Of a DNA stretch of 64,000 nucleotides, positions 44,801-59,800 are shown piece by piece. Each line of letters opens with the position of its first letter. Within the stretch, counting starts at the first letter, position 1. This DNA is from Heptranchias perlo (Eukaryota). A program made the position numbers and the translations under genes. Where the stretch lies: the NCBI RefSeq assembly GCF_035084215.1, contig NW_027139605.1:1-64000 (forward strand). The letters are read 5' to 3'. Under the pieces are notes generated by a model. That model was not told the DNA's origin. It saw nothing but the letters and a program-made list of their open reading frames with translations, and made no database searches.

Positions 44801-47800
44801 CGAGCAAGCGGATCAGAGGGAGAGCGCGAGCCAGCGAGCGGATCAGAGGGAGAGCGCGAGCGGATCAGAGAGAGAGAACGCGAGCGAGCGGATCAGAGAG
44901 AGAGAGCGAGCGGATCAGAGAGAGAGAACGCGAGCGGATCAGAGAGATGGAGAGCGAGCGGATCAGAGAGAGAGAACGCGAGCGAGCGGATCAGAGAGAG
45001 AGAATGCGAGCGAGCGGATCAGAGAGAGAGAGCGAGCGGATCAGAGAGAGAGAACGCGAGCGGATCAGAGAGATGGAGAGCGAGCGAGCGGATTAGAGGG
45101 AGAGAGAGAGAGCGGATCAGAGAGAGAGAACGCGAGCCAGCGAGCGGATCAGAGGGAGAGCGAGCGAGCGGATCAGAGGGAGAGCGCGAGCGGATCAGAG
45201 GGAGAGCGGGAGCGGATCAGAGAGAGAGCGAGCGGATCAGAGGGAGAGCGCGAGCCAGCGAGCGGATCAGAGGGAGAGCGCGAGCCAGCGAGCGGATCAG
45301 AGAGAGAGAGAGCGAGCAGATCAGAGAGAGAGAGAGAGAGCCAGCGGATCAGAGGGAGAGCGCGAGAGGATCAGAGAGAGAGTGAGCGAGCGGATCAGAG
45401 AGAGAGAGAGAGAGCGAGAGGATCAGGGTGAGAGAGAGCGGATCAGAGAGAGAGAGAGAGAGCGAATCAGAGAGAGAGAGAGAGAGCGAGAGGATCAGAG
45501 GGAGAGCGCGAGCGGATCAGAGAGAGAGAGAGCGGATCAGAGAGAGAGAACGCGAGCGAGCAGATCAGAGAAAGAGCGAGCGAGCGGATCAAAGAGAGAG
45601 AGAGAGCGGATCAGAGAGAGAGAGAGCGGATCAGAGAGAGAGAGAGAGCGAGCGGATCAGAGAGAGAGAGAGAGCGGATCAGAGAGAGAGAGAGAGAGCG
45701 GATCAGAGAGAGAGAGAGCGAGCGGATCAGAGAGAGAGAGCGAGCGAGCGGATCAGAGAGAGAGAGAGCGGATCAGAGAGAGAGAGAGCGAGCGGATCAG
45801 AGAGAGAGAGCGAGCGAGCGGATCAGAGAGAGAGAGCGAGCGAGCGGATCAGAGAGCGAGCAAGCGGATCAGAGAGAGAGAGAGCGAGCGGATCAGAGAG
45901 AGAGAGAGCGAGCGGATCAGAGAGAGAGAGAGAGAGAGCGGATCAGAGAGAGAGAGAGCGAGCGAGCGGATCAGAGAGAGAGAGAGCGAGCGGATCACAG
46001 AGAGAGAGAGAGAGAGGATCAGAGAGAGAGCGAGCGGATCAGAGAGAGAGAGAGCGAGCGGATCAGAGAGAGAGAGAGAGCGAGCGGATCAGAGAGAGAG
46101 AGAGCGAGCGGATCAGAGAGAGAGCGAGCAGATCAGAGAGAGAGAGAGAGAGCGGATCACAGAGAGAGCGAGCAAGCGGATCAGAGAGAGAGAGAGAGCG
46201 AGCGGATCAGAGAGAGAGAGAGAGCGAGCGGATCAGAGAGAGAGAGAGCGAGCGGATCAGAGAGAGAGAGAGCGGATCAGAGAGAGAGAGAGAGAGAGCG
46301 GATCACAGAGAGAGAGAGCGAGCGAGCGGATCAGAGAGATAGAGCGAGCAGATCAGAGAGAGAGAGAGAGCGAGCGGATCAGAGAGAGAGAACGCGAGCG
46401 AGCGGATCAGAGAGAGAGCGAGCGAGCGGATCAGAGAGAGAGCGACCGAGCGGATCAGAGAGAGAGAACGCAAGCGAGTGGATCAGAGAGAGAGCGAGCG
46501 AGCGGATCAGAGAGAGAGCGAGCGAGCGGATCAGAGAGAGAACGCGAGCGAGCGGATCAGAGAAAGAGCGCGAGCGAGCGGATCAGAGAGAGAGCGCGAG
46601 CGAGCGGATCAGAGAGAGAGAACGCGAGCGAGCGGATCAGAGAGAGAGAACGCGAGCGAGCGGATCAGAGAGAGAGAACGCGAGCGAGCGGATCAGAGGG
46701 AGAGCGCGAGCGGATCAGAGGGAGAGAACGCGAGCGAGCGGATCAGAGAGAGAGAACGCAAGCGAGCGGATCAGAGAGAGAGATCGCGAGCGAGCGGATC
46801 AGAGAGAGAGAACGCGAGCGAGCGGATCAGAGGGAGAGAGAGCGGATCAGAGAAATAGAACGCGAGCCAGCGGATCAGAGGGAGAGAGAGATGATCAGAG
46901 AGAGAGAACGCGAGCGAGCGGATCAGAGGGAGAGCGAGCGAGCGGATCAGAGGGAGAGAGAGAGCGAGCGGATCAGAGAGAGAGAACGCGAGCGAGCGGA
47001 TCAGAGAGAGAGAGCGAGCGGATCAGAGAGAGAGAACGCGAGCGGATCAGAGAGATGGAGAGCGAGCGGATCAGAGAGAGAGAGCGAGCGGATCAGAGAG
47101 AGAGAGAACGCGAGCGAGCGGATCAGAGGGAGAGAACGCGAGCGAGCGGATCAGAGGGAGAGAGAGCGGTTCAGAGAGAGAGAACGCGAGCCAGCGAGCA
47201 GATCAGAGGGAGAGCGAGCGAGCGGATCAGAGGGAGAGCGCGAGCGGATCAGAGGGAGAGCGCGAGCGGATCAGAGAGAGAGAACGCGAGCGAGCGGATC
47301 AGAGAGAGAGAGCGAGCGGATCAGAGAGAGAGAACGCGAGCGGATCAGAGAGATGGAGAGCGAGCGGATCAGAGAGAGAGAACGCGAGCGAGCGGATCAG
47401 AGAGAGAGAATGCGAGCGAGCGGATCAGAGAGAGAGAGCGAGCGGATCAGAGAGAGAGAACGCGAGCGGATCAGAGAGATGGAGAGCGAGCGAGCGGATT
47501 AGAGGGAGAGAGAGAGAGCGGATCAGAGAGAGAGAACGCGAGCCAGCGAGCGGATCAGAGGGAGAGCGAGCGAGCGGATCAGAGGGAGAGCGCGAGCGGA
47601 TCAGAGGGAGAGCGGGAGCGGATCAGAGAGAGAGCGAGCGGATCAGAGGGAGAGCGCGAGCCAGCGAGCGGATCAGAGGGAGAGCGCGAGCCAGCGAGCG
47701 GATCAGAGAGAGAGCGAGCAGATCAGAGAGAGAGAGAGAGAGCCAGCGGATCAGAGGGAGAGCGCGAGAGGATCAGAGAGAGAGTGAGCGAGCGGATCAG

Positions 47801-50800
47801 AGAGAGAGAGAGAGAGCGAGAGGATCAGGGTGAGAGAGAGCGGATCAGAGAGAGAGAGAGAGAGCGAATCAGAGAGAGAGAGAGAGAGCGAGAGGATCAG
47901 AGGGAGAGCGCGAGCGGATCAGAGAGAGAGAGAGCGGATCAGAGAGAGAGAACGCGAGCGAGCGGATCAGAGAAAGAGCGAGCGAGCGGATCAAAGAGAG
48001 AGAGAGAGAGCGGATCAGAGAGAGAGAGAGCGGATCAGAGAGAGAGAGAGAGCGAGCGGATCAGAGAGAGAGAGAGAGCGGATCAGAGAGAGAGAGAGAG
48101 AGCGGATCAGAGAGAGAGAGAGCGAGCGGATCAGAGAGAGAGAACGAGAACGGATCAGAGAGAGAGAGAGAGAGAGTGAGCGGATCAGAGAGAGAGAGCG
48201 AGCGGATCAGAGAGAGAGAACGCGAGTGAGCGGATCAGAGAGAGAGAGCGCGAGCGGATCAGAGGGAGAGCGCGAGCGGATCAGAGGGAGAGCGCGAGCG
48301 GATCAGAGATAGAGAACGCGAGCGGATCAGAGAGAGAGAGCGAGCGGATCAGAGAGATGGAGAGAGAGCGGATCAGAGAGAGAGAGAGAGAGCGGATCAG
48401 AGAGAGAGAGAGCGAGCGGATCAGAGAGAGAGAACGAGAACGGATCAGAGAGAGAGAGAGAGAGAGTGAGCGGATCAGAGAGAGAGAGCGAGCGGATCAG
48501 AGAGAGAGAACGCGAGTGAGCGGATCAGAGAGAGAGCGCGAGCGGATCAGAGGGAGAGAGCGAGCGGATCAGAGAGAGAGAACGCGAGTGAGCGGATCAG
48601 AGAGAGAGAGCGCGAGCGGATCAGAGGGAGAGCGCGAGCGGATCAGAGGGAGAGCGCGAGCGGATCAGAGAGATGGAGAGCGAGCGGATCAGAGAGAGAG
48701 CGCGAGCGGATCAGAGGGAGAGAGCGAGCGGATCAGAGAGAGAGAACGCGAGCGGATCAGAGAGATGGAGAGCGAGCGGATCAGAGAGAGAGAACGCGAG
48801 CGAGCGGATCAGAGAGAGAGAACGCAAGCGAGCGGATCAGAGAGAGAGCGAGCGAGCGGATCAGAGAGAGAGCGACCGAGCGGATCAGAGAGAGAGAATG
48901 CGAGCGAGCGGATCAGAGAGAGAGCGAGCGAGCGGATCAGAGAGAGAGCGAGCGAGCGGATCAGAGAGAGAGAACGCGAGCGAGCGGATCAGAGTGAGAG
49001 CGCGAGCGAGCGGATCAGAGAGAGAGCGCGAGCGAGCGGATCAGAGAGTACGCGAGCGAGCGGATCAGAGAGAGAGCGAGCGAGCGAGCGGATCAGAGGG
49101 AGAGCGCGAGCGAGCGGATCAGAGAGAGAGAACGCGAGCGAGCGGATCAGAGAGAGAGAACGCGAGCGAGCGGATCAGAGAGAGAGAACGCGAGCGAGCG
49201 GATCAGAGGGAGAGCGCGAGCGGATCAGAGGGAGAGCGCGAGCGAGCGGATCAGAGAGAGAGAACGCGAGCGAGCGGATCAGAGAGAGAGAACGCAAGCG
49301 AGCGGATCAGAGAGAGAGAGAGCGAGCGGATCAGAGAGAGAGAGTGAGTGAGCGGATCAGAGAGAGAGCGAGGGGATCAGAGAGAGAGAGAGAGCGAGCG
49401 GATCAGAGAGAGAGAGCGCAAGCGAGCGGATCAGAGAGAGAGCGAGCGGATCAGAGAGAGAGAACGCGAGCGAGCGGATCAGAGAGCGAGCGAGCGAGCG
49501 GATCAGAGGGAGAGCGCGAGCCAGCGAGCGGATCAGAGGGAGAGCGCGAGCGGATCAGAGAGAGAGAACGCGAGCGAGCGGATCATGGAGAGAGAGCGAG
49601 CGGATCAGGGAGAGAGAACGCGAGCAGATCAGAGAGATGGAGAGCGAGCGGATCAGAGAGAGAGAACGCGAGCGAGCGGATCAGAGAGAGAGAATGCGAG
49701 TGAGCGGATCAGAGAGAGAGAGCGAGCGGATCAGAGAGAGAGAACGCGAGCGGATCAGAGAGATGGAGAGCGAGCGAGCGGATTAGAGGGAGAGAGAGAG
49801 AGCGGATCAGAGAGAGAGAACGCGAGCCAGCGAGCGGATCAGAGGGAGAGCGAGCGAGCGGATCAGAGGGAGAGCGCGAGCGGATCAGAGGGAGAGCGGG
49901 AGCGGATCAGAGAGAGAGCGAGCGGATCAGAGAGAGAGCGCGAGCCAGCGAGCGGATCAGAGGGAGAGCGCGAGCCAGCGAGCGGATCAGAGAGAGAGAG
50001 AGCGAGCAGATCAGAGAGAGAGAGAGAGAGCCAGCGGATCAGGGGGAGAGCGCGAGAGGATCAGAGAGAGAGTGAGCGAGCGGATCAGAGAGAGAGAGAG
50101 AGAGCGAGAGGATCAGAGGGAGAGAGAGCGGATCAGAGAGAGAGAGAGAGAGCGAATCAGAGAGAGAGAGAGAGAGCGAGAGGATCAGAGGGAGAGCGCG
50201 AGCGGATCAGAGAGAGAGAGAGCGGATCAGAGAGAGAGAACGCGAGCGAGCGGATCAGAGAGAGAGCGAGCGAGCGGATCAGAGAGAAAGCGAGCGAGCG
50301 GATCAGAGAGAGAGAACGCGAGCGAGCGGATCAGAGAGAGAGCGCGAGCGAGCGGATCAGAGAGTACGCGAGCGAGCGGATCAGAGAGAGAGCGAGCGAG
50401 CGAGCGGATCAGAGGGAGAGCGCGAGCGAGCGGATCAGAGAGAGAGAACGCGAGCGAGCGGATCAGAGAGAGAGAACGCGAGCGAGCGGATCAGAGAGAG
50501 AGAACGCGAGCGAGCGGATCAGAGGGAGAGCGCGAGCGGATCAGAGGGAGAGCGCGAGCGAGCGGATCAGAGAGAGAGAACGTGAGCGAGCAGATCAGAG
50601 AGAGAGAACGCAAGCGAGCGGATCAGAGAGAGAGAGAGCGAGCGGATCAGAGAGAGAGAGAGTGAGCGAGCGGATCAGAGAGAGAGCGAGCGGATCAGAG
50701 AGAGAGAGAGAGCGAGCGGATCAGAGAGAGAGAGCGCAAGCGAGCGGATCAGAGAGAGAGCGAGCGGATCAGAGAGAGAGAACGCGAGCGAGCGGATCAG

Positions 50801-53800
50801 AGAGCGAGCGAGCGAGCGGATCAGAGGGAGAGCGCGAGCCAGCGAGCGGATCAGAGGGAGAGCGCGAGCGGATCAGAGAGAGAGAACGCGAGCGAGCGGA
50901 TCAGAGAGAGAGAGCGAGCGGATCAGAGAGAGAGAACGCGAGCGGATCAGAGAGATGGAGAGCGAGCGGATCAGAGAGAGAGAACGCGAGCGAGCGGATC
51001 AGAGAGAGAGAATGCGAGCGAGCGGATCAGAGAGAGAGAGCGAGCGGATCAGAGAGAGAGAACGCGAGCGGATCAGAGAGATGGAGAGCGAGCGAGCGGA
51101 TTAGAGGGAGAGAGAGAGAGCGGATCAGAGAGAGAGAACGCGAGCCAGCGAGCGGATCAGAGGGAGAGCGAGCGAGCGGATCAGAGGGAGAGAGAGCGGA
51201 TCAGAGAGAGAGAGAGAGAGCGAATCAGAGAGAGAGAGAGAGAGAGCGAGAGGATCAGAGGGAGAGCGCGAGCGGATCAGAGAGAGAGAGAGCGGATCAG
51301 AGAGAGAGAACGCGAGCGAGCGGATCAGAGAAAGAGCGAGCGAGCGGATCAAAGAGAGAGAGAGAGAGCGGATCAGAGAGAGAGAGAGCGGATCAGAGAG
51401 AGAGAGAGAGCGAGCGGATCAGAGAGAGAGAGAGAGCGGATCAGAGAGAGAGAGAGAGAGCGGATCAGAGAGAGAGAGAGCGAGCGGATCAGAGAGAGAG
51501 AACGAGAACGGATCAGAGAGAGAGAGAGAGAGAGTGAGCGGATCAGAGAGAGAGAGCGAGCGGATCAGAGAGAGAGAGAGCGGATCAGAGAGAGAGAACG
51601 CGAGCGAGCGGATCAGAGAAAGAGCGAGCGAGCGGATCAAAGAGAGAGAGAGAGAGCGGATCAGAGAGAGAGAGAGCGGATCAGAGAGAGAGAGAGAGCG
51701 AGCGGATCAGAGAGAGAGAGAGAGCGGATCAGAGAGAGAGAGAGAGAGCGGATCAGAGAGAGAGAGAGCGAGCGGATCAGAGAGAGAGAGCGAGCGGATC
51801 AGAGAGAGAGAGAGCGGATCAGAGAGAGAGAACGCGAGCGAGCGGATCAGAGAAAGAGCGAGCGAGCGGATCAAAGAGAGAGAGAGAGAGCGGATCAGAG
51901 AGAGAGAGAGCGGATCAGAGAGAGAGAGAGAGCGAGCGGATCAGAGAGAGAGAGAGAGCGGATCAGAGAGAGAGAGAGAGAGCGGATCAGAGAGAGAGCG
52001 AGTGAGCGGATCAGAGAGAGAGAGCGCGAGCGGATCAGAGGGAGAGCGCGAGCGGATCAGAGGGAGAGCGCGAGCGGATCAGAGAGATGGAGAGCGAGCG
52101 GATCAGAGAGAGAGAGCGAGCGGATCAGAGGGAGAGCGTGGGCGGATCAGAGAGAGAGCGAGCGAGCGGATCAGAGGGAGAGCGTGAGCCAGCGAGCGGA
52201 TCAGAGGGAGAGCGCGAGCCAGCGAGCGGATCAGAGAGAGAGAGAGCGAGCGGATCAGAGAGAGAGAGAGAGCCAGCGGATCAGAGGGAGAGAGAGAGAG
52301 CGGATCAGAGAGAGAGAGAGAGAGAGCGAGCGGATCAGAGGGAGAGCGCGAGCGGATCAGAGAGAGAGAGAGCGAGCGGATCAGAGAGAGAGAGAGCGGA
52401 TCAGAGAGTACGCGAGCGAGCAGATCAGAGAGAGAGCGAGCGAGCGAGCGGATCAGAGGGAGAGCGCGAGCGAGCGGATCAGAGAGAGAGAACGCGAGCG
52501 AGCGGATCAGAGAGAGAGAACGCGAGCGAGCGGATCAGAGAGAGAGAGAGAGCGAGCGAGCGGATCAGAGAGCGAGAACGCGAGCGAGCGGATCAGAGGG
52601 AGAGAACGCGAGCGAGCGGATCAGAGGGAGAGAGAGAGCGAGCGGATCAGAGAGAGAGAACGCGAGCGAGCGGATCAGAGAGAGAGAACGCGAGCGAGCG
52701 GATCAGAGAGAGAGAGAGAGAGCGAGCGAGCGGATCAGAGAGCGAGAACGCGAGCGAGCGGATCAGAGGGAGAGAACGCGAGCGAGCGGATCAGAGGGAG
52801 AGAGAGAGCGAGCGGATCAGAGAGAGAGAACGCGAGCGAGCGGATCAGAGGCAGAGAGAGAGCGGATCAGAGAGAGAGCGAGCGAGCGGATCAGAGGGAG
52901 AGCGCGAGCGGATCAGAGGGAGAGCGCGAGCCAGCGAGCGGATCAGAGGGAGAGAGCGAGCGGATCAGAGAGAGAGAACGCGAGCGGATCAGAGAGATGG
53001 AGAGCGAGCGGATCAGAGAGAGAGAGCGAGCGGATCAGAGAGAGAGAACGCGAGCGAGCGGATCAGAGAGAGAGAACGCGAGCGAGCGGATCAGAGGGAG
53101 AGAGAGCGGTTCAGAGAGAGAGAACGCGAGCCAGCGAGCGGATCAGAGGGAGAGCGAGCGAGCGGATCAGAGGGAGAGCGCGAGCGGATCAGAGGGAGAG
53201 CGCGGGCGGATCAGAGAGAGAGCGAGCGAGCGGATCAGAGGGAGAGCGCGAGCCAGCGAGCGGATCAGAGGGAGAGCGCGAGCCAGCGAGCGGATCAGAG
53301 AGAGAGAGAGAGCGAGCGGATCAGAGAGAGAGAGAGAGCCAGCGGATCAGAGGGAGAGAGAGAGAGCGGATCAGAGAGAGAGAGAGAGAGCGAGCGGATC
53401 AGAGGGAGAGCGCGAGCGGATCAGAGAGAGAGAGAGAGAGAGCGGATCAGAGAGAGAGAGAGAGAGCGAGCGGATCAGAGGGAGAGCGCGAGCGGATCAG
53501 AGAGAGAGAGAGAGAGAGCGGATCAGAGAGAGAGAACGCGAGCGAGCGGATCAGAGGGAGAGCGCGAGCGGATCAGAGGGAGAGCGCGAGCGAGCGGATC
53601 AGAGAGAGAGAACGCGAGAGAGCGGATCAGAGAGAGAGAACGCAAGCGAGCGGATCAGAGAGAGAGAGCGAGCGGATCAAAGAGAGAGAGAGTGAGCGAG
53701 CGGATCAGAGAGAGAGCGAGCGGATCAGAGAGAGAGAGAGAGCGAGCGGATCAGAGAGAGAGAGCAAGCGAGCGGATCAGAGAGAGAGCGAGCGGATCAG

Positions 53801-56800
53801 AGAGAGAGAACGCGAGCGAGCGGATCAGAGAGCGAGCCAGCGAGCGGATCAGAGGGAGAGCGCGAGCCAGCGAGCGGATCAGAGGGAGAGCTCGAGCGGA
53901 TCAGAGAGAGAGAACGCGAGCGAGCGGATCAGAGAGAGAGAGCGAGCGGATCAGAGAGAGAGAACGCGAGCGGATCAGAGAGATGGAGAGCGAGCGGATC
54001 AGAGAGAGAGAACGCGAGCGAGCGGATCAGAGAGAGAGAATGCGAGCGAGCGGATCAGAGAGAGAGAGCGAGCGGATCAGAGAGAGAGAACGCGAGCGGA
54101 TCAGAGAGATGGAGAGCGAGCGAGCGGATTAGAGGGAGAGAGAGAGAGCGGATCAGAGAGAGAGAACGCGAGCCAGCGAGCGGATCAGAGGGAGAGCGAG
54201 CGAGCGGATCAGAGGGAGAGCGCGAGCGGATCAGAGGGAGAGCGCGAGCGGATCAGAGGGAGAGCGAGCGGATCAGAGGGAGAGCGCGAGCGGATCAGAG
54301 AGAGAGAGAGAGCGAGCGGATCGGAGAGAGAGAACGCGAGCGAGCGGATCAGAGGGAGAGAACGCGAGCGAGCGGATCAGAGGGAGAGAGAGAGCGAGCG
54401 GATCACAGAGAGAGAACGCGAGCGAGCGGATCAGAGGGAGAGAGAGAGAGCGGATCAGAGAGAGAGAACGCGAGCCAGCGAGCGGATCAGAGGGAGAGCG
54501 AGTGAGCGGATCAGAGGGAGAGCGCGAGCGGATCAGAGGGAGAGCGCGAGCGGATCAGAGAGAGAGCGAGCGAGCGGATCAGAGGGAGAGCGAGCGAGCG
54601 GATCAGAGGGAGAGCGCGAGCGGATCAGAGGGAGAGCGCGAGCGGATCAGAGGGAGAGCGAGCGGATCAGAGGGAGAGCGCGAGCGGATCAGAGAGAGAG
54701 AGAGAGCGAGCGGATCGGAGAGAGAGAACGCGAGCGAGCGGATCAGAGGGAGAGAACGCGAGCGAGCGGATCAGAGGGAGAGAGAGAGCGAGCGGATCAC
54801 AGAGAGAGAACGCGAGCGAGCGGATCAGAGGGAGAGAGAGAGAGCGGATCAGAGAGAGAGAACGCGAGCCAGCGAGCGGATCAGAGGGAGAGCGAGTGAG
54901 CGGATCAGAGGGAGAGCGCGAGCGGATCAGAGGGAGAGCGCGAGCGGATCAGAGAGAGAGCGAGCGAGCGGATCAGAGGGAGAGCGAGCGAGCGGATCAG
55001 AGGGAGAGCGCGAGCCAGCGAGCGGATCAGAGGGAGAGCGCGAGCCAGCGAGCGGATCAGAGAGAGAGAACTCGAGCGAGCGGATCAGAGAGAGAGAACG
55101 CGAGCGAGCGGATCAGAGGGAGAGCGCGAGCGGATCAGAGGGAGAGAGAGAGCGGATCAGAGGGAGAGCGCGAGCGGATCAGAGGGAGAGCGCGAGCGGA
55201 TCAGAGGGAGAGCGCGAGCCGATCAGAGGGAGAGCGCGAGCCAGCGAGCGGATCAGAGGGAGAGCGCGAGCCAGCGAGCGGATCAGAGGGAGAGCGAGCG
55301 AGCGGATCAGAGAGAGAGAGAGAGAGCGAGAGGATCAGGGTGAGAGAGAGCGGATCAGAGAGAGAGAGAGAGAGCGAATCAGAGAGAGAGAGAGAGAGCG
55401 AGAGGATCAGAGGGAGAGCGCGAGCGGATCAGAGAGAGAGAGAGCGGATCAGAGAGAGAGAACGCGAGCGAGCGGATCAGAGAAAGAGCGAGCGAGCGGA
55501 TCAAAGAGAGAGAGAGAGAGCGGATCAGAGAGAGAGAGAGTGGATCAGAGAGAGAGAGAGAGCGAGCGGATCAGAGAGAGAGAGAGAGCGGATCAGAGAG
55601 AGAGAGAGAGAGCGGATCAGAGAGAGAGAGAGCGAGCGGATCAGAGAGAGAGAACGAGAACGGATCAGAGAGAGAGAGAGAGAAAGTGAGCGGATCAGAG
55701 AGAGAGAGCGAGCGGATCAGAGAGAGAGAACGCGAGTGAGCGGATCAGAGAGAGAGAGCGCGAGCGGATCAGAGGGAGAGCGCGAGCGGATCAGAGGGAG
55801 AGCGCGAGCGGATCAGAGATAGAGAACGCGAGCGGATCAGAGAGATGGAGAGCGAGCGGATCAGAGAGATGGAGAGCGAGCGGATCAGAGAGAGAGCGAG
55901 CGGATCAGAGAGAGAGAACGCGAGTGAGCGGATCAGAGAGAGAGAGAGCGCGAGCGGATCAGAGGGAGAGAGCGAGCGGATCAGAGATAGAGAACGCGAG
56001 CGGATCAGAGAGATGGAGAGCGAGCGGATCAGAGAGAGAGAACGCGAGCGAGCGGATCAGAGAGAGAGAACGCAAGCGAGCGGATCAGAGAGAGAGCGAG
56101 CGAGCGGATCAGAGAGAGAGCGACCGAGCGGATCAGAGAGAGAGAACGCGAGCGAGCGGATCAGAGAGAGAGCGAGCGAGCGGATCAGAGAGAGAGCGAG
56201 CGAGCGGATCATAGAGAGAGAACGCGAGCGAGCGGATCAGAGTGAGAGCGCGAGCGAGCGGATCAGAGAGAGAGCGCGAGCGAGCGGATCAGAGAGTACG
56301 CGAGCGAGCGGATCAGAGAGAGAGCGAGCGAGCGAGCGGATCAGAGGGAGAGCGCGAGCGAGCGGATCAGAGAGAGAGAACGCGAGCGAGCGGATCAGAG
56401 AGAGAGAACGCGAGCGAGCGGATCAGAGAGAGAGAACGCGAGCGAGCGGATCAGAGGGAGAGCGCGAGCGGATCAGAGGGAGAGCGCGAGCGAGCGGATC
56501 AGAGAGAGAGAACGCGAGCGAGCGGATCAGAGAGAGAGAACGCAAGCGAGCGGATCAGAGAGAGAGAGAGCGAGCGGATCAGAGAGAGAGAGAGTGAGTG
56601 AGCGGATCAGAGAGAGAGCGAGCGGATCAGAGAGAGAGAGAGAGCGAGCGGATCAGAGAGAGAGAGCGCAAGCGAGCGGATCAGAGAGAGAGCGAGCGGA
56701 TCAGAGAGAGAGAACGCGAGCGAGCGGATCAGAGAGCGAGCGAGCGAGCGGATCAGAGGGAGAGCGCGAGCCAGCGAGCGGATCAGAGGGAGAGCGCGAG

Positions 56801-59800
56801 CGGATCAGAGAGAGAGAACGCGAGCGAGCGGATCAGGGAGAGAGAGCGAGCGGATCAGGGAGAGAGAACGCGAGCGGATCAGAGAGATGGAGAGCGAGCG
56901 GATCAGAGAGAGAGAACGCGAGCGAGCGGATCAGAGAGAGAGAATGCGAGCGAGCGGATCAGAGAGAGAGAGCGAGCGGATCAGAGAGAGAGAACGCGAG
57001 CGGATCAGAGAGATGGAGAGCGAGCGAGCGGATTAGAGGGAGAGAGAGAGAGCGGATCAGAGAGAGAGAACGCGAGCCAGCGAGCGGATCAGAGGGAGAG
57101 CGAGCGAGCGGATCAGAGGGAGAGCGCGAGCGGATCAGAGGGAGAGCGGGAGCGGATCAGAGAGAGAGCGAGCGGATCAGAGGGAGAGCGCGAGCCAGCG
57201 AGCGGATCAGAGGGAGAGCGCGAGCCAGCGAGCGGATCAGAGAGAGAGAGAGCGAGCAGATCAGAGAGAGAGAGAGAGAGCCAGCGGATCAGCGGGAAAG
57301 CGCGAGAGGATCAGAGAGAGAGTGAGCGAGCGGATCAGAGAGAGAGAGAGAGAGCGAGAGGATCAGAGGGAGAGAGAGCGGATCAGAGAGAGAGCGCGAG
57401 CGAGCGGATCAGAGAGAGAGAACGCGAGCGAGCGGATCAGAGAGAGAGAACGCGAGCGAGCGGATCAGAGAGAGAGAACGCGAGCGAGCGGATCAGAGGG
57501 AGAGCGCGAGCGGATCAGAGGGAGAGCGCGAGCGAGCGGATCAGAGAGAGAGAACGTGAGCGAGCGGATCAGAGAGAGAGAACGCAAGCGAGCGGATCAG
57601 AGAGAGAGAGAGCGAGCGGATCAGAGAGAGAGAGTGAGCGAGCGGATCAGAGAGAGAGCGAGCAGATCAGAGAGAGAGACAGAGCGAGCGGATCAGAGAG
57701 AGAGCGCAAGCGAGCGGATCAGAGAGAGAGCGAGCGGATCAGAGAGAGAGAACGCGAGCGAGCGGATCAGAGAGCGAGCGAGCGAGCGGATCAGAGGGAG
57801 AGCGCGAGCCAGCGAGCGGATCAGAGGGAGAGCGCGAGCGGATCAGAGAGAGAGAGCGAGCGGATCAGAGAGAGAGAACGCGAGCGGATCAGAGAGATGG
57901 AGAGCGAGCGGATCAGAGAGAGAGAACGCGAGCGAGCGGATCAGAGAGAGAGAATGCGAGCGAGCGGATCAGGGAGAGAGAGCGAGCGGATCAGAGAGAG
58001 AGAACGCGAGCGGATCAGAGAGATGGAGAGCGAGCGAGCGGATTAGAGAGAGAGAGAGAGAGCGGATCAGAGAGAGAGAACGCGAGCGAGCGGATCAGAG
58101 AGAGAGCGAGCGGATCAGAGAGAGAGAATGCGAGCGAGCGGATCAGAGAGAGAGCGCGAGCGAGCGGATCAGAGAGTACGCGAGCGAGCGGATCAGAGAG
58201 AGAGAACGCGAGCGAGCGGATCAGAGAGAGAGAACGCGAGCGAGCGGATCAGAGGGAGAGCGCGAGCGGATCAGAGGGAGAGCGCGAGCGAGCGGATCAG
58301 AGAGAGAGAACGTGAGCGAGCGGATCAGAGAGAGAGAACGCAAGCGAGCGGATCAGAGAGAGAGAGAGCGAGCGGATCAGAGAGAGAGAGTGAGCGAGCG
58401 GATCAGAGAGAGAGCGAGCGGATCAGAGAGAGAGAGAGAGCGAGCGGATCAGAGAGAGAGCGCAAGCGAGCGGATCAGAGAGAGAGCGAGCGGATCAGAG
58501 AGAGAGAACGCGAGCGAGCGGATCAGAGAGCGAGCGAGCGAGCGGATCAGAGGGAGAGCGCGAGCCAGCGAGCGGATCAGAGGGAGAGCGCGAGCGGATC
58601 AGGGAGAGAGAACGCGAGCGAGCGGATCAGAGAGAGAGAGCGAGCGGATCAGAGAGAGAGAACGCGAGCGGATCAGAGAGATGGAGAGCGAGCGGATCAG
58701 AGAGAGAGAATGCGAGCGAGCGGATCAGAGAGAGAGAATGCGAGCGAGCGGATCAGAGAGAGAGAGCGAGCGGATCAGAGAGAGAGAACGCGAGCGGATC
58801 AGAGAGATGGAGAGCGAGCGAGCGGATTAGAGGGAGAGAGAGAGAGCGGATCAGAGAGAGAGAACGCGAGCCAGCGAGCGGATCAGAGGGAGAGCGAGCG
58901 AGCGGATCAGAGGGAGAGAGAGCGGATCAGAGAGAGAGAGAGAGAGCGAATCAGAGAGAGAGAGAGAGAGAGCGAGAGGATCAGAGGGAGAGCGCGAGCG
59001 GATCAGAGAGAGAGAGAGCGGATCAGAGAGAGAGAACGCGAGCGAGCGGATCAGAGAAAGAGCGAGCGAGCGGATCAAAGAGAGAGAGAGAGAGCGGATC
59101 AGAGAGAGAGAGAGCGGATCAGAGAGAGAGAGAGAGCGAGCGGATCAGAGAGAGAGAGAGAGCGGATCAGAGAGAGAGAGAGAGAGCGGATCAGAGGGAG
59201 AGAGAGAGAGCGGATCAGAGAGAGAGAACGCGAGCCAGCGAGCGGATCAGAGGGAGAGCGAGCGAGCGGATCAGAGGGAGAGAGAGCGGATCAGAGAGAG
59301 AGAGAGAGAGCGAATCAGAGAGAGAGAGAGAGAGCGAGAGGATCAGAGGGAGAGCGCGAGCGGATCAGAGAGAGAGAGAGCGGATCAGAGAGAGAGAACG
59401 CGAGTGAGCGGATCAGAGAAAGAGCGAGCGAGCGGATCAAAGAGAGAGAGAGAGAGCGGATCAGAGAGAGAGAGAGCGGATCAGAGAGAGAGAGAGAGCG
59501 AGCGGATCAGAGAGAGAGAGAGAGCGGATCAGAGAGAGAGAGAGAGAGCGGATCAGAGAGAGAGAGAGCGAGCGGATCAGAGAGAGAGAACGAGAACGGA
59601 TCAGAGAGAGAGAGAGAGAGAGTGAGCGGATCAGAGAGAGAGAGCGAGCGGATCAGAGAGAGAGAACGCGAGTGAGCGGATCAGAGAGAGAGAGCGCGAG
59701 CGGATCAGAGGGAGAGCGCGAGCGGATCAGAGGGAGAGCGCGAGCGGATCAGAGAGAGAGAACGCGAGCGAGCGGATCAGAGGGAGAGAACGCGAGCGAG